Shown: piece after piece, positions 11,823 through 20,438 of the stretch
Layout of the letters: every line of letters begins with the position of its first letter
How positions within the stretch are numbered: the stretch's first letter is position 1
NCBI GenBank assembly: GCA_046538485.1
Contig: JBKHIT010000072.1
Span: 1 to 20,929, forward strand
From: Candidatus Brocadiia bacterium
GTDB lineage: Bacteria; Planctomycetota; Brocadiia; SM23-32
Reading direction: 5' to 3'
Length of the DNA stretch: 20,929 nt
Position numbers and translations under genes: made by a program
Notes under the pieces: generated by a model
The model's input: the letters and a program-made list of their open reading frames with translations, nothing else
The model's database searches: none
What the model was told of the DNA's origin: nothing

Positions 11823-12354
11823 TCTTGCGGTCTCCCGGGTTCTGGCCGCTGGAGTTTTTTTCGCCCCTGGTCGTCAGGCTCATTATCTCGATCCCCGCAT
11901 TCGACGCGGCCTGCATAACGGGCTGGACATCCCCGTAACGAATGTCCCTGTCGGCCCGGATCTCCACCCAGAAATCCGAAACACCCCGGCTGTCCGCCTG
12001 CGCTCTGCGACTTTCCAGCAGGCCGACAAGCGTGGCAATTGCATCGGGGCGGCCGACCTCCACTCTATCAACGCCGATCTGATACCGGTCAGCCAGACTT
12101 GAAAGAGCCGGATCCCGCCCCTCCATCCGGTTTCCGTATTGATTAAGCACGTTCACCGTGACGTGGTTGAGTCGTTTCTGGTCCTCGGGCAGCTGCGAGG
12201 ATACATTTTCCTGGGGGGCAGGCAGCAGCAAATCGGGGAGTTCCCTTCCGGCGAGTTGGGTCGCCAGAAGAAAAAAGATGATCAACAGAAACGTGCAGTC
12301 AATCAAGGGCGTCAGCGGCAGGTTCAGATTTCTTCTGGTATCTTTTTTATACAT
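11812..12354 (-). CDS. exbD: ExbD/TolR family biopolymer transport protein
   Basis: LTPLIDCTFLLIIFFLL; IRADRDIRYGDVQPVMQAASNAGI. ATG 12354 with AGGA RBS preferred over 12387. Confidence 0.92.
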   Translation of the reverse strand: MYKKDTRRNLNLPLTPLIDCTFLLIIFFLLATQLAGRELPDLLLPAPQENVSSQLPEDQKRLNHVTVNVLNQYGNRMEGRDPALSSLADRYQIGVDRVEVGRPDAIATLVGLLESRRAQADSRGVSDFWVEIRADRDIRYGDVQPVMQAASNAGIEIMSLTTRGEKNSSGQNPGDRKNDD

Positions 12355-12411
12355 TAATTTTTCCTGCTCGCAGTATTGCTCGCCCAAAAGAAGAGACGGA
12401 ATTTGGATGCA

Positions 12412-13038
12412 TCACGCAGCACCTCGCTCGGATTTCTGGGTCTCGGCAATCAACTCATCAACCGACAGAATCGCGTCGTTCGTAATATCCTCGATACGGT
12501 TGCGCAGGGCGGCATAGACACAAAGGGACGGAATCGCGACCACCAGACCGAGCATGGTGGTCACCAGCGCCACGCCGATATCACCGGCCAGCAGTCGGGG
12601 ATCCGGCGACCCGGAATCGACAATTTGAAAAAACGCTCCGATCATACCCCAGACCGTCCCCAGAAGTCCCAGCATCGGCGCGACGTTGCCGATGACGTTC
12701 AGCCATTCGATCGAGCGCATCAGCCCCGATACCCTGTGTTCGGCGGTATCCATCAGTTTTTTCTCCATATCGCGACGGCCACCTCCCGCGCGGCGGAACG
12801 TGTTGCGAACAAGATGACTGAAGAAATCCCCGTTATCGGCCACCTTTTTGATCGCCCGCGAATACTCTTTGCGCGAAAAAAGGGATTTCACCCGGCGGTA
12901 GACGTCCTCCGGGAACAGATTCTTGCGTCTGAGACGCAAGAACGATCGCACCATAATTCCCATGGAGATAACGCTCAGTATCCAGATCAGGATGCCTATG
13001 GGGCCCCCCTTCACGAATAGAAGATCAAGATAATACAT
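12412..13038 (-). CDS. MotA/TolQ/ExbB proton channel family protein
   Basis: KGGPIG..IWILSV first helix; APMLGLLGTVWGMIGAF and ALVTTMLGLVVAIP motifs. Confidence 0.93.
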   Translation of the reverse strand: MYYLDLLFVKGGPIGILIWILSVISMGIMVRSFLRLRRKNLFPEDVYRRVKSLFSRKEYSRAIKKVADNGDFFSHLVRNTFRRAGGGRRDMEKKLMDTAEHRVSGLMRSIEWLNVIGNVAPMLGLLGTVWGMIGAFFQIVDSGSPDPRLLAGDIGVALVTTMLGLVVAIPSLCVYAALRNRIEDITNDAILSVDELIAETQKSERGAA

Positions 13039-13095
13039 GTTCTACGTCCTTTCTTTGAACTTCTGGCAAAACACACTTCACTTCACGCAGTTTCC

Positions 13096-14037
13096 TCACC
13101 GTCGATCACGCTCCACCCTCACAAATTTCCCTCCGGTCTCCCGAGCGATACGGTGAAGTATCCCGGCCGCCGCACTGCGGTTACCGTAAAGGTAAGTGTT
13201 GATCCGAACGGTCTCACGACTGTTGAGTTTTTTGATCGTCCGCATGACCCGAGCATTATCTGGAAACGCCCCGTCGGTCAGCAAACAGATCAATTTGGAC
13301 CTTCCTCCGCCCCGGCGCAGGACGCCGAACGCACGCGCAATGGCCGCTATCGGTTCGGTGCGGCCCGACGGCTCAACCCGCGAGAGAAACTTCGCGGCCG
13401 CGGTCTTCGTCTGACGCGTGACCCGCGCCAACCCGCGTCCCGGACCTGCCAGCGGGCGACCACCGGCAAATAAAATGATGTAAAACCTCTGCTCCTCACC
13501 GAGTCGCCCGATCGAGCGGAGCATCTCCTCCTGGATTTTCCCGAAAGAACCTTTGAGCGATGAGGAAAAATCGATCAGGTAAACAACATCATCCGCGCGG
13601 GATTTTGCCCCGAAAAAAGTCGCGCTGCGGGGCACCGGGGCGCTATCTTGAACCGGCAGGTCGGAAGGGAATGCCCTTGCCTCCTCCAACTTTTGCCATA
13701 TCTCATCTTTCTCGTCGCGCGAGGATTCGGGGGCGGTTTCCGCTCCGTCGGCCCAACGCGGCTTCATCCCCGCGCTATCCGGCGCCGATTCGCCCTTCGC
13801 CGAAGTATTCTTGCTGATTATCTTTGTGCGCATCGGTCTCGGTTTGATCTTGGGCGGAATGGGCGGAGCTGAACGGCTGGAGTATTTTGCCACCGTATCG
13901 TCACGGGATTTGCGTGGGGCTGGCCGGAACAGAGCCGTTGCCAGCAGCAGGGCCAGTCCGACGTGCAAGGCCACACTCAGCCCCCACGGCATATACCGTT
14001 CCCACCAGTTCATTGATGTCTCTGTATCTTTGACCAT
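13096..14037 (-). CDS. Membrane-anchored VWA-domain protein with TonB/TolA-like SxxxH anchor and Pro-rich linker
   Basis: TM GLSVALHVGLALLL, linker with APPIPPKIKPRP, VWA with MIDAS residues (VVYLIDFSSS, GRTEP, LLTDG) and RIARETGGKF. Confidence 0.85.
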   Translation of the reverse strand: MVKDTETSMNWWERYMPWGLSVALHVGLALLLATALFRPAPRKSRDDTVAKYSSRSAPPIPPKIKPRPMRTKIISKNTSAKGESAPDSAGMKPRWADGAETAPESSRDEKDEIWQKLEEARAFPSDLPVQDSAPVPRSATFFGAKSRADDVVYLIDFSSSLKGSFGKIQEEMLRSIGRLGEEQRFYIILFAGGRPLAGPGRGLARVTRQTKTAAAKFLSRVEPSGRTEPIAAIARAFGVLRRGGGRSKLICLLTDGAFPDNARVMRTIKKLNSRETVRINTYLYGNRSAAAGILHRIARETGGKFVRVERDRR

Positions 14038-14117
14038 TTATCTCGGATTCCTGCTATTCGATGATTCTGACCCATCTGGATTTTCCCGCATCCAAAATCG
14101 CGCCCTGCCGTTCCTGA

Positions 14118-14221
14118 GCTCTGAAAGGGCAACATATAATAGCCCGGGGTGCAGAGGGCTGAAGACCCTCGGAGCCCTGGGTTGACGGTGCAGAGGGAAT
14201 CATAGTGGGCTGAAGGCCCAC
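14118..14221. repeat. Cluster of REP-like GAA-loop palindromes
   Basis: GCTCT-GAA-AGGGC (14118-14130). GAGGGCT-GAA-GACCCTC (14154-14170) nested in stem AGCCCGGGGT/GCCCTGGGTT (14141-14183). GTGGGCT-GAA-GGCCCAC (14205-14221). Direct repeat GGTGCAGAGGG at 14148 and 14187. Confidence 0.6.
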
Positions 14222-14259
14222 CATAAATTTGTCCCCCAAAACACCTTGTCAGAAGCAGA

Positions 14260-14467
14260 CTGAACTTCAGCCGGAGGCCGGGGTTCAGAACGCGGCTCAA
14301 TTCCCCGGAGGTTACAGGCGCATTTGCATTTTCCGGCAATTGTCCGCCTCAAGTCCAGTTTCGCCCGCCGATGGCGGGCTCTGCTGAACTCGAGTCTCCG
14401 TTTCCCGGCGAGCGGGCTGGACTTCAGCGCCGCTCTTGCGGGGCTGGAGTTCAGAACGCGGCCCAAT
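14260..14467. repeat. Two imperfect direct repeats, each a long hairpin plus conserved tail, flanking a third hairpin
   Basis: CTGAACTTCAGCC-GGA-GGCCGGGGTTCAG+AACGCGGCTCAAT (14260-14301). CTGGACTTCAGC..GCTGGAGTTCAG+AACGCGGCCCAAT (14417-14467). GCCCGCC-GAT-GGCGGGC (14363-14379). Confidence 0.6.
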
Positions 14468-14573
14468 GTGGCGAATCGACTATTCCCCGGGCACAGGATC
14501 GGGGAGATCTTTGATTTCTGGCACTCCTTGAACAACGTACACAAGCCCGCTCAGCGGCGCCATCGTTCCACTA

Positions 14574-16433
14574 TCAGTCCAGACTCTCCCATCGCTCCCG
14601 CTCCAGGCGTCTGATGGCCGTATCGGCCGCCGGGACAAGATCGTGGCTCTCGTAAACCTCCATCACGGCTTTCACAGTATCGTCGTAGGGGTTCTGGCAG
14701 GACTTTCCGCTGGTGGACAGGAAACGCGCGAAAGATTTCTCCGTCTCCCTCGCCTCCGGATGCACGTACAGGTAAAATCGTTGGGAAAGTGGGTAGGCGC
14801 CCGTTTGTATGTTCCGGGGCGTTGGACCGAGGGCCTTCCTTTTCTTTCCCTCACCGACCCGGATATCGAGCACTTTCACAGTCCGCCCTTCCTTCGGGAC
14901 TTTTTTAAGGTCCACAAATCCGATCGCACGGGCGTTCATGCTCACCGCCGCAATCGCCCGCGCGCTGTCGCGCTTGAGTTGCCGGCAGCGCAGCTCCCGC
15001 CGCGACACGCACTGCTGGTAGAAAAGCTCCGCCGCCCGGTTCCGCCCCGGCAGGCCGGCGGTCCGTATGGGGACCCCTTCCGCGCCTCGGGGGGATGAGA
15101 GGCCCGTCCGGCCGAGCTCGCTCCAATCGCGCCTCTTGCCGCTGAAGATGGTTTTGATCTGATCCACGCTCAGCGCATCTATTTTATTGGCCCGGTTCAC
15201 GATTATGGCGACGGCCCGGCCGGCCAGAAGATGTTCGGTGGGTTGTAATTTTTCCCAACCTTCCTGGTGCTCTTTGAGCCTCTCCGCACTCAGTTTGTGA
15301 TCGGTCAGCAGGAGGCTGGGGGACGGATCGACGCCGTCCGATGAGTCCTTCAGGAAAGCTCCCGCGGCCAGCCGCTCCCGGCTGTAGGGCCGGCTCCGGA
15401 GCTGGACGGCCTCCCTGGCCCGCACGTATTCGGTGGTCAGATCCCGCACCACCGCCCGGTCGAGTCCCAGGGTCAGGACCGGCAGTCGTTTCCCCCGGCC
15501 GCGTCTTACGTCCCGAAGACGCCGTTTCTGTCTGTAGAGATGCTCCTGGTATGGGGTGACCAGCCCTTCTTTGGCGGCGATCTCCGAGGCTTTTTTGCCG
15601 ACGGCGAACTCGCAGAACTCCCTGGCGGGCGGCGACGCCCCGGGCCAGAGATACAACGCGATGTATTCGCTCAAGGGATAATCTTTTTGGATAATCGGCT
15701 CCAGGCCGGGAGCAATCGCCTTCCCCTCTTCGGTCTTCGCGATAGCCAGGGGTTTAACACCGGGCAGGCGCCGGCCTTCCCACAGGACAGTTCCGATAGC
15801 ATTGGGCTCGCGGGCGATCTTGCCGACAATCGCCCCGCGGCTTCGCTGGACCTTCATATCGTCGCGGTAGACGTAGAAAGTGCCCGAGTAGTCGCCGCCG
15901 ACCAGCATGCAGTTTCGGCGGATGATATGGCTGCTGATGGAGCGCCATTTTGGTTCCCCGTAGCAGTCCATCCGCCGGAGACCTTCTTTTTTCTCAGCGA
16001 TTGTGGCGGTGCGGAGTGTATTTCGCACTTCCTCGGTACTCATCCGGGAGAGCGGGTTATTTTTGTCGACAATCACCGCGGCGCGTGCCTGAGCGACGAT
16101 GAACCGCTCGCAGGTAATCGGCTCGCCCCCGTCCTCCGTCCCGCATTCAACATCGGTCAGCGCGTAGTGCAGGAGGATATCGGCGTCTTCGCGGGTGAAT
16201 CTCTCGACCGGTTTGCTGTCGCTCCATTTCCGCAGCGCAAACCTCTGGCGGGACAGACCTTCCTGCCGGCAAAAGGCATCGAGCATCTTACTTAAAATCG
16301 GAAACCCCCACCTGTGCCCTCCGGCGATCCGGACGGCCGGGCGGCCTCGTGCGGCCGCGCCGCGAGTCGCGGTGAGAAAGACCGAAAACACAACAATAGT
16401 GATCCAGACATATTTGCAAAAACGCATCGTCAT
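14574..16433 (-). CDS. Exported protein with two tandem PstS-like (periplasmic binding protein type II) domains
   Basis: Signal peptide. Duplicated motifs AAVIVDKNNPLSRMSTEEV / AVAIIVNRANKIDALSVDQIKTIFSGK..WSELG, PNAIG / ARAIGFV, YPLSEYIALY / YPLSQRFYLY. ATG 16433 with GAGGG RBS. Confidence 0.8.
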   Translation of the reverse strand: MTMRFCKYVWITIVVFSVFLTATRGAAARGRPAVRIAGGHRWGFPILSKMLDAFCRQEGLSRQRFALRKWSDSKPVERFTREDADILLHYALTDVECGTEDGGEPITCERFIVAQARAAVIVDKNNPLSRMSTEEVRNTLRTATIAEKKEGLRRMDCYGEPKWRSISSHIIRRNCMLVGGDYSGTFYVYRDDMKVQRSRGAIVGKIAREPNAIGTVLWEGRRLPGVKPLAIAKTEEGKAIAPGLEPIIQKDYPLSEYIALYLWPGASPPAREFCEFAVGKKASEIAAKEGLVTPYQEHLYRQKRRLRDVRRGRGKRLPVLTLGLDRAVVRDLTTEYVRAREAVQLRSRPYSRERLAAGAFLKDSSDGVDPSPSLLLTDHKLSAERLKEHQEGWEKLQPTEHLLAGRAVAIIVNRANKIDALSVDQIKTIFSGKRRDWSELGRTGLSSPRGAEGVPIRTAGLPGRNRAAELFYQQCVSRRELRCRQLKRDSARAIAAVSMNARAIGFVDLKKVPKEGRTVKVLDIRVGEGKKRKALGPTPRNIQTGAYPLSQRFYLYVHPEARETEKSFARFLSTSGKSCQNPYDDTVKAVMEVYESHDLVPAADTAIRRLERERWESLD

Positions 16434-16705
16434 TTTCTCTTCCCTCTCACACATCAATTACATGGCACGAGTTTGCGGAACGACCTTTGTTCATCTTTCT
16501 TCATTTGTTTTCTTCATCTTGCAAAGAAACTCTGACGATCGTTGTCCGATCGGCTATACTGATTCGGTATTCGCCGTTTTGTATTCTTCCATTTTTAAAT
16601 ATCGCAGCCAATCTTTCCGGCCGGTAGCTTTGCGAGTCATCATTTTTCAAAACTGTCGTGCCGGTAATAATCATTGCCTCACCCAATGGATAGGCTTCAT
16701 ATCGC

Positions 16706-17677
16706 CTACTTTTTGTTTTTGATTTTAATCCACTCACCAGCTTTTTCCGGATCGAAGCTGCTTTTTTCTGCCAGCTCTTTCTCGGAAAGCAATCCGGCTG
16801 ACCAATAACCGACCAGCCGCCCTCCAGAACCAGGCAGGTAAAACGTACCTTCTGACAAAAGTGTTTCCAGCTGGCATTCAATCTTTTTATCTATATCGAA
16901 GAGGCCATCAACAAGGGCCTCTATCTGCTTTTGATTGAGTTGATCAACATAGAGAGGACGAATAAACAGATTGTCCAAATACGAAGCGTTTCGTTTAACA
17001 CGATTGCATACGGCTTCCATCAACTGGGTATATATGAATAATTTGGCGTATTGTGAACGCAATTCTTCATTCTCCGTCGTCAATTTTTCACATTCGTTTC
17101 TGTCAGCTTCCGTCATCGAATAGCTGAATATTGTATTTGACATGACAGCTTGATGATACGCAGTCTTAATTTCTTCCCACCTATTGGGAGTAACTGCGAA
17201 ACTATCCGCCTGCCGGAGTTTTTGAAGCACTAATGCAGAACACCGAGTTAGGTAACGGTTCATTTGCTGATTAATTTTCTTCAGTTTTTGGGCCGCAATT
17301 ATTCTTCTCCCAGCAACCATCTTCCGAACTCCTTCGCTAATAATTCGTTTTTGCCTTTCCTGGGATGCAACCGGCACGCGTCCTATTTTGCCTACCCGTA
17401 AATAGTCAGCGAAGTTTTCCAAAATCAGTGCGCGTTTTTTCGAGTCGAGGTTCTTAAGATCGACTTTTGATAATGCCTTTTGTATTATTTTCTCCCAGCG
17501 TTTCCGTACCTTCGCTTGATCAGTCTTTTTTAAATTTTGCTTTTTCAAATACTCTGTTACAACTTTATCCATATCTTCGGCCAAACCAGATCTATTGCTC
17601 TGTTTTGCTGCAGAAGCTGCGCAACAAAACAATGCTATGGCAACGAGTAATTGAAAAATTACGGAGTTTCTCATCAT
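16706..17677 (-). CDS. Hypothetical exported helical protein (candidate partner/immunity protein 2)
   Basis: 323 aa ORF with signal peptide (VIFQLLVAIALFCCAASA), AAGAGGG RBS and AT-rich DNA. No recognised domain. Confidence 0.75.
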   Translation of the reverse strand: MMRNSVIFQLLVAIALFCCAASAAKQSNRSGLAEDMDKVVTEYLKKQNLKKTDQAKVRKRWEKIIQKALSKVDLKNLDSKKRALILENFADYLRVGKIGRVPVASQERQKRIISEGVRKMVAGRRIIAAQKLKKINQQMNRYLTRCSALVLQKLRQADSFAVTPNRWEEIKTAYHQAVMSNTIFSYSMTEADRNECEKLTTENEELRSQYAKLFIYTQLMEAVCNRVKRNASYLDNLFIRPLYVDQLNQKQIEALVDGLFDIDKKIECQLETLLSEGTFYLPGSGGRLVGYWSAGLLSEKELAEKSSFDPEKAGEWIKIKNKK

Positions 17678-17748
17678 AATCTTCCCTCTTTAAGTTAGTT
17701 ATGGTAAAGTATTCCGATTTCGAAACACGTGCCAGAAAAAAAGTAGTG

Positions 17749-19404
17749 CTACCTTTCCGAACATCGCAGAGGTTCAAAATGAGTGCTCAACACCTCTGAA
17801 TTCTTCCACTTTATTATTGGCGTTTCAGTTGTCGTATTATGTGGATTTATTTCATAAAATAGAGGTCTTGGTGCCCTGATAACCCCATTGCCACGGATTA
17901 AAACCTCTACTGGCCGGGAGAGATTTTGTCCTTCAGGCGAAGGCCTTTGTACCGGGACTGTAAACAGCTTGGCAAAGCTCTGCCCTACAGTGACTTCCGT
18001 CTTGTTGAATGATAAAGGTATTGTCACGGTAGCATCACCTACGGGTATAGCAATACTGCCTCCCGGTCCTGAACCCCCACGACAATCGCCTCCAAACGTA
18101 ACCTCCCATTCTTTTTTGCCATCAATTTCCACAGTCCATGCCACAGCCACCGCCACGCCGCCAGCTATAAGTGGAGGGCTATCGTTTTTCAAAGTCATTT
18201 TTGACTTGTTCTGGCTTTCTAGAAAATAATTATGTTTCCATCGCCCCTCACATTCATCGCTCCGAGCAGCACCGTATTTCAAAACAAATGTTTTCTGATC
18301 AGAATGAGCGTTCCCGTGAGCGATACCCATCCAGACGCCATAGGTGGCCTTAGTTGGATCTGTTTTCTGGCAATCCGTTCGGACAAACCCCTTCACATCA
18401 ATTGTAGTTTGAGCAGAAGCGCTTGGGAATTCCGCATCATAGACGCGAGCCTTGAAGCTACCAGATTTTGTAAAACGAGCAGCTCCTATTGATTGTCTCA
18501 AACCCTGGCTAACGGGATCTCCTGCGTCTGGCGTAATGTCAACTCCCTCTGTCAAATCCTCAATTGCCCACTTCAACGTACGACCAGCGGGCTGCACATT
18601 CGCCACAAGCTCAGTTTCCTGGCAATATTCAATCGTTGTCCGGGAGATCGTCTTTATCGTCACGCTTATCACTGAAAATCTGATTTTCCTCTCAAAATCG
18701 GGCTCGCCGTCTTTCGTCACCGTTACTGTATAAACCCCTGGATTGAGGTCCGAGAGCGAAGTTAAATACGGCGGTCCCGTCCATGTCCCGCTATGACCAG
18801 ACGTTGCGGACCAGTCATAGGTACCCGATTGAACATTCAGCCGGAAACTGACGTCGCCTCTATCGTCCTCGGCCAAACTGCAATGCAAAGACGGAAGATC
18901 TGTGCCAGGGTCGCCATCCTCATCTTCAGAAATGTTATCCGAATCGCTGACGCCGCGACCCGTATTATCGTCCCGCAGCACCAGAGACCCCGGCTCTTCC
19001 ATGTCCTTCACGTCGGCCCACAGCACAGTCGGCGCGGCTCCTCCGCCTCCGCCTTCCCCGCCTCCTGGCACAACGCTCACCCAGTAGAGTGCTCCAATCC
19101 CTTCTCGACCTTCCACTTCCACTTTCACAGGGTCTTCCCTGCGGGTAATCACCAGCAGGGCGCCATCGTTGACCGGGTCGTCGTAGACACCGGCCGCTTT
19201 CCCCTTAACACCCGAATTCGTGACATGAATCTCGTCATTTTCGCCGGTGGGCTCGCTTGAGAAATGCCCCTCAATATCTTCCGCTTCTTCCTGCGGGTTG
19301 TCTTTTTGTCGGGCCTGAACGTGGATAGTCTCGTTCGTCGCCCGGGCGGGCGCCGCTATCCCAGCAATCAGCAAAATCAACGCAATGATCCATTCTTTCC
19401 TCAT
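17749..19404 (-). CDS. Secreted beta-rich multidomain protein: Ig-like N-terminal domains plus divergent C-terminal domain (candidate polymorphic toxin)
   Basis: ATG 19404 with AAGGAG RBS and signal peptide MRKEWIIALILLIAGIAAPARA. Gly linker GGGEGGGGG. Ig-like motifs SDLNPGVYTVTVT and ELVANVQPAGRTLKW. The CDS is well supported; the toxin role is inference. Confidence 0.75.
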   Translation of the reverse strand: MRKEWIIALILLIAGIAAPARATNETIHVQARQKDNPQEEAEDIEGHFSSEPTGENDEIHVTNSGVKGKAAGVYDDPVNDGALLVITRREDPVKVEVEGREGIGALYWVSVVPGGGEGGGGGAAPTVLWADVKDMEEPGSLVLRDDNTGRGVSDSDNISEDEDGDPGTDLPSLHCSLAEDDRGDVSFRLNVQSGTYDWSATSGHSGTWTGPPYLTSLSDLNPGVYTVTVTKDGEPDFERKIRFSVISVTIKTISRTTIEYCQETELVANVQPAGRTLKWAIEDLTEGVDITPDAGDPVSQGLRQSIGAARFTKSGSFKARVYDAEFPSASAQTTIDVKGFVRTDCQKTDPTKATYGVWMGIAHGNAHSDQKTFVLKYGAARSDECEGRWKHNYFLESQNKSKMTLKNDSPPLIAGGVAVAVAWTVEIDGKKEWEVTFGGDCRGGSGPGGSIAIPVGDATVTIPLSFNKTEVTVGQSFAKLFTVPVQRPSPEGQNLSRPVEVLIRGNGVIRAPRPLFYEINPHNTTTETPIIKWKNSEVLSTHFEPLRCSER

Positions 19405-19519
19405 CTCACGCTCTCCTTCATCAGCCTGTCGGCTTCGGGCAAAAGTTCTCTCCGCACCCGCTTCGTCCAGCGAGAGTCCGGATAGCCTGCTTGACAAAAG
19501 TGCCGGCACCACAGCTGAA

Positions 19520-20371
19520 TCAATTCTGCTCACGGGTATCTTTTGGTTTCAGCTTGTCGGGGATCACATCTGTCATATTTCTCAGTTCAAGCTGTTTCAT
19601 AAATTCCCTTTCCAGCCCGGCTTCCTGGATCACGTTGCAGTAGTACCATTTAAAGATGTTTTTTGGAGGACGCCAAGTATCTTCTGGCCAGTTGCTGACA
19701 ACCTCCACTACTTTTTCCCTTTCCGCGCAAGTGCGCCAAACAAGACTTTGGTGCTCAAACGGATAGTTCAAAAGAACACGGTCCCTTTGAGGTGATTGAG
19801 GAAGATTTGCCAGGAGTTGAGCATAACGCAGGTCTGACGGAACCAGTGAACGGCGGCCCTGACAATAGAACCTTTCCAAACGACGACTAACTCGCAAAGC
19901 TATACCATAAGCGATGTAGTCTGTGAGATTCCTCACATCAAGATCCCTCGCCACACCTTTTCGTATTGTGCCGTCTTGTCGCGTCAAATAATCCAGCAAT
20001 TCGTATGGCAATTTCTCAGTTTTCTTTGTATATTTTCGCCACAGCGTGAGGTCCTCCTCGAAAAAATAGAGAATTGCGCCAATATTGGAGACTTTCCAGG
20101 ATTCGGCTTCCTCTTTCAGAAGTTTCTCCGCGTGTTGCCGAATCTTTTTTATGTCTTCCTTCGAAGCATCACCTTTCACGAGACGTTTCATTTGGGAGAC
20201 CACAGGATCCAGATCTGGGAATTCTTTTTTCTCCAATGTCGTCAGGAAACTGACACGTAGATGCTCTTGCAGAGAATCCAAATCATCAAAGTGGTTGTTA
20301 GCCCCTTTGGTTCCTGCTTGAGCCAGGGGTACAAGAACTATACACACAACAACTAACCAGGTAATCCTCAT
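19520..20371 (-). CDS. Hypothetical exported helical protein (candidate partner/immunity protein 1)
   Basis: 283 aa ORF with signal peptide MRITWLVVVCIVLVPLAQA and AGAGGA RBS. No recognised domain. Confidence 0.75.
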   Translation of the reverse strand: MRITWLVVVCIVLVPLAQAGTKGANNHFDDLDSLQEHLRVSFLTTLEKKEFPDLDPVVSQMKRLVKGDASKEDIKKIRQHAEKLLKEEAESWKVSNIGAILYFFEEDLTLWRKYTKKTEKLPYELLDYLTRQDGTIRKGVARDLDVRNLTDYIAYGIALRVSRRLERFYCQGRRSLVPSDLRYAQLLANLPQSPQRDRVLLNYPFEHQSLVWRTCAEREKVVEVVSNWPEDTWRPPKNIFKWYYCNVIQEAGLEREFMKQLELRNMTDVIPDKLKPKDTREQN

Positions 20372-20438
20372 TTTGCATTCCTCTCTTGTCTAACAGCATC
20401 CTTTACAAACAAGCATCGTTTTACTGAAGGCCGCGAAT

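Noticed and set aside
14118..14467. Possible CRISPR array or tRNA in the repeat-rich spacer
   Set aside because: Only two imperfect copies, no regular repeat-spacer periodicity, no cas genes, and no cloverleaf or T-loop consensus.
14010..14614. Short ORFs across the hairpin region (14010-14339, 14200-14544, 14324-14614)
   Set aside because: Unnatural composition, overlapping frames and no RBS. Better explained as non-coding repeats.
16501..16881. 126 aa minus-strand ORF, or a 57 aa sub-ORF MIITGTT... in the gap before the PstS-like gene
   Set aside because: Its first half overlaps the 16706-17677 gene in another frame. The remainder has a poorly spaced RBS and no recognisable motif, so it cannot be supported.
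19405..19533. 43-codon N-terminal extension of the secreted protein, overlapping the upstream gene
   Set aside because: A clear AAGGAG RBS and a signal peptide begin at 19404.
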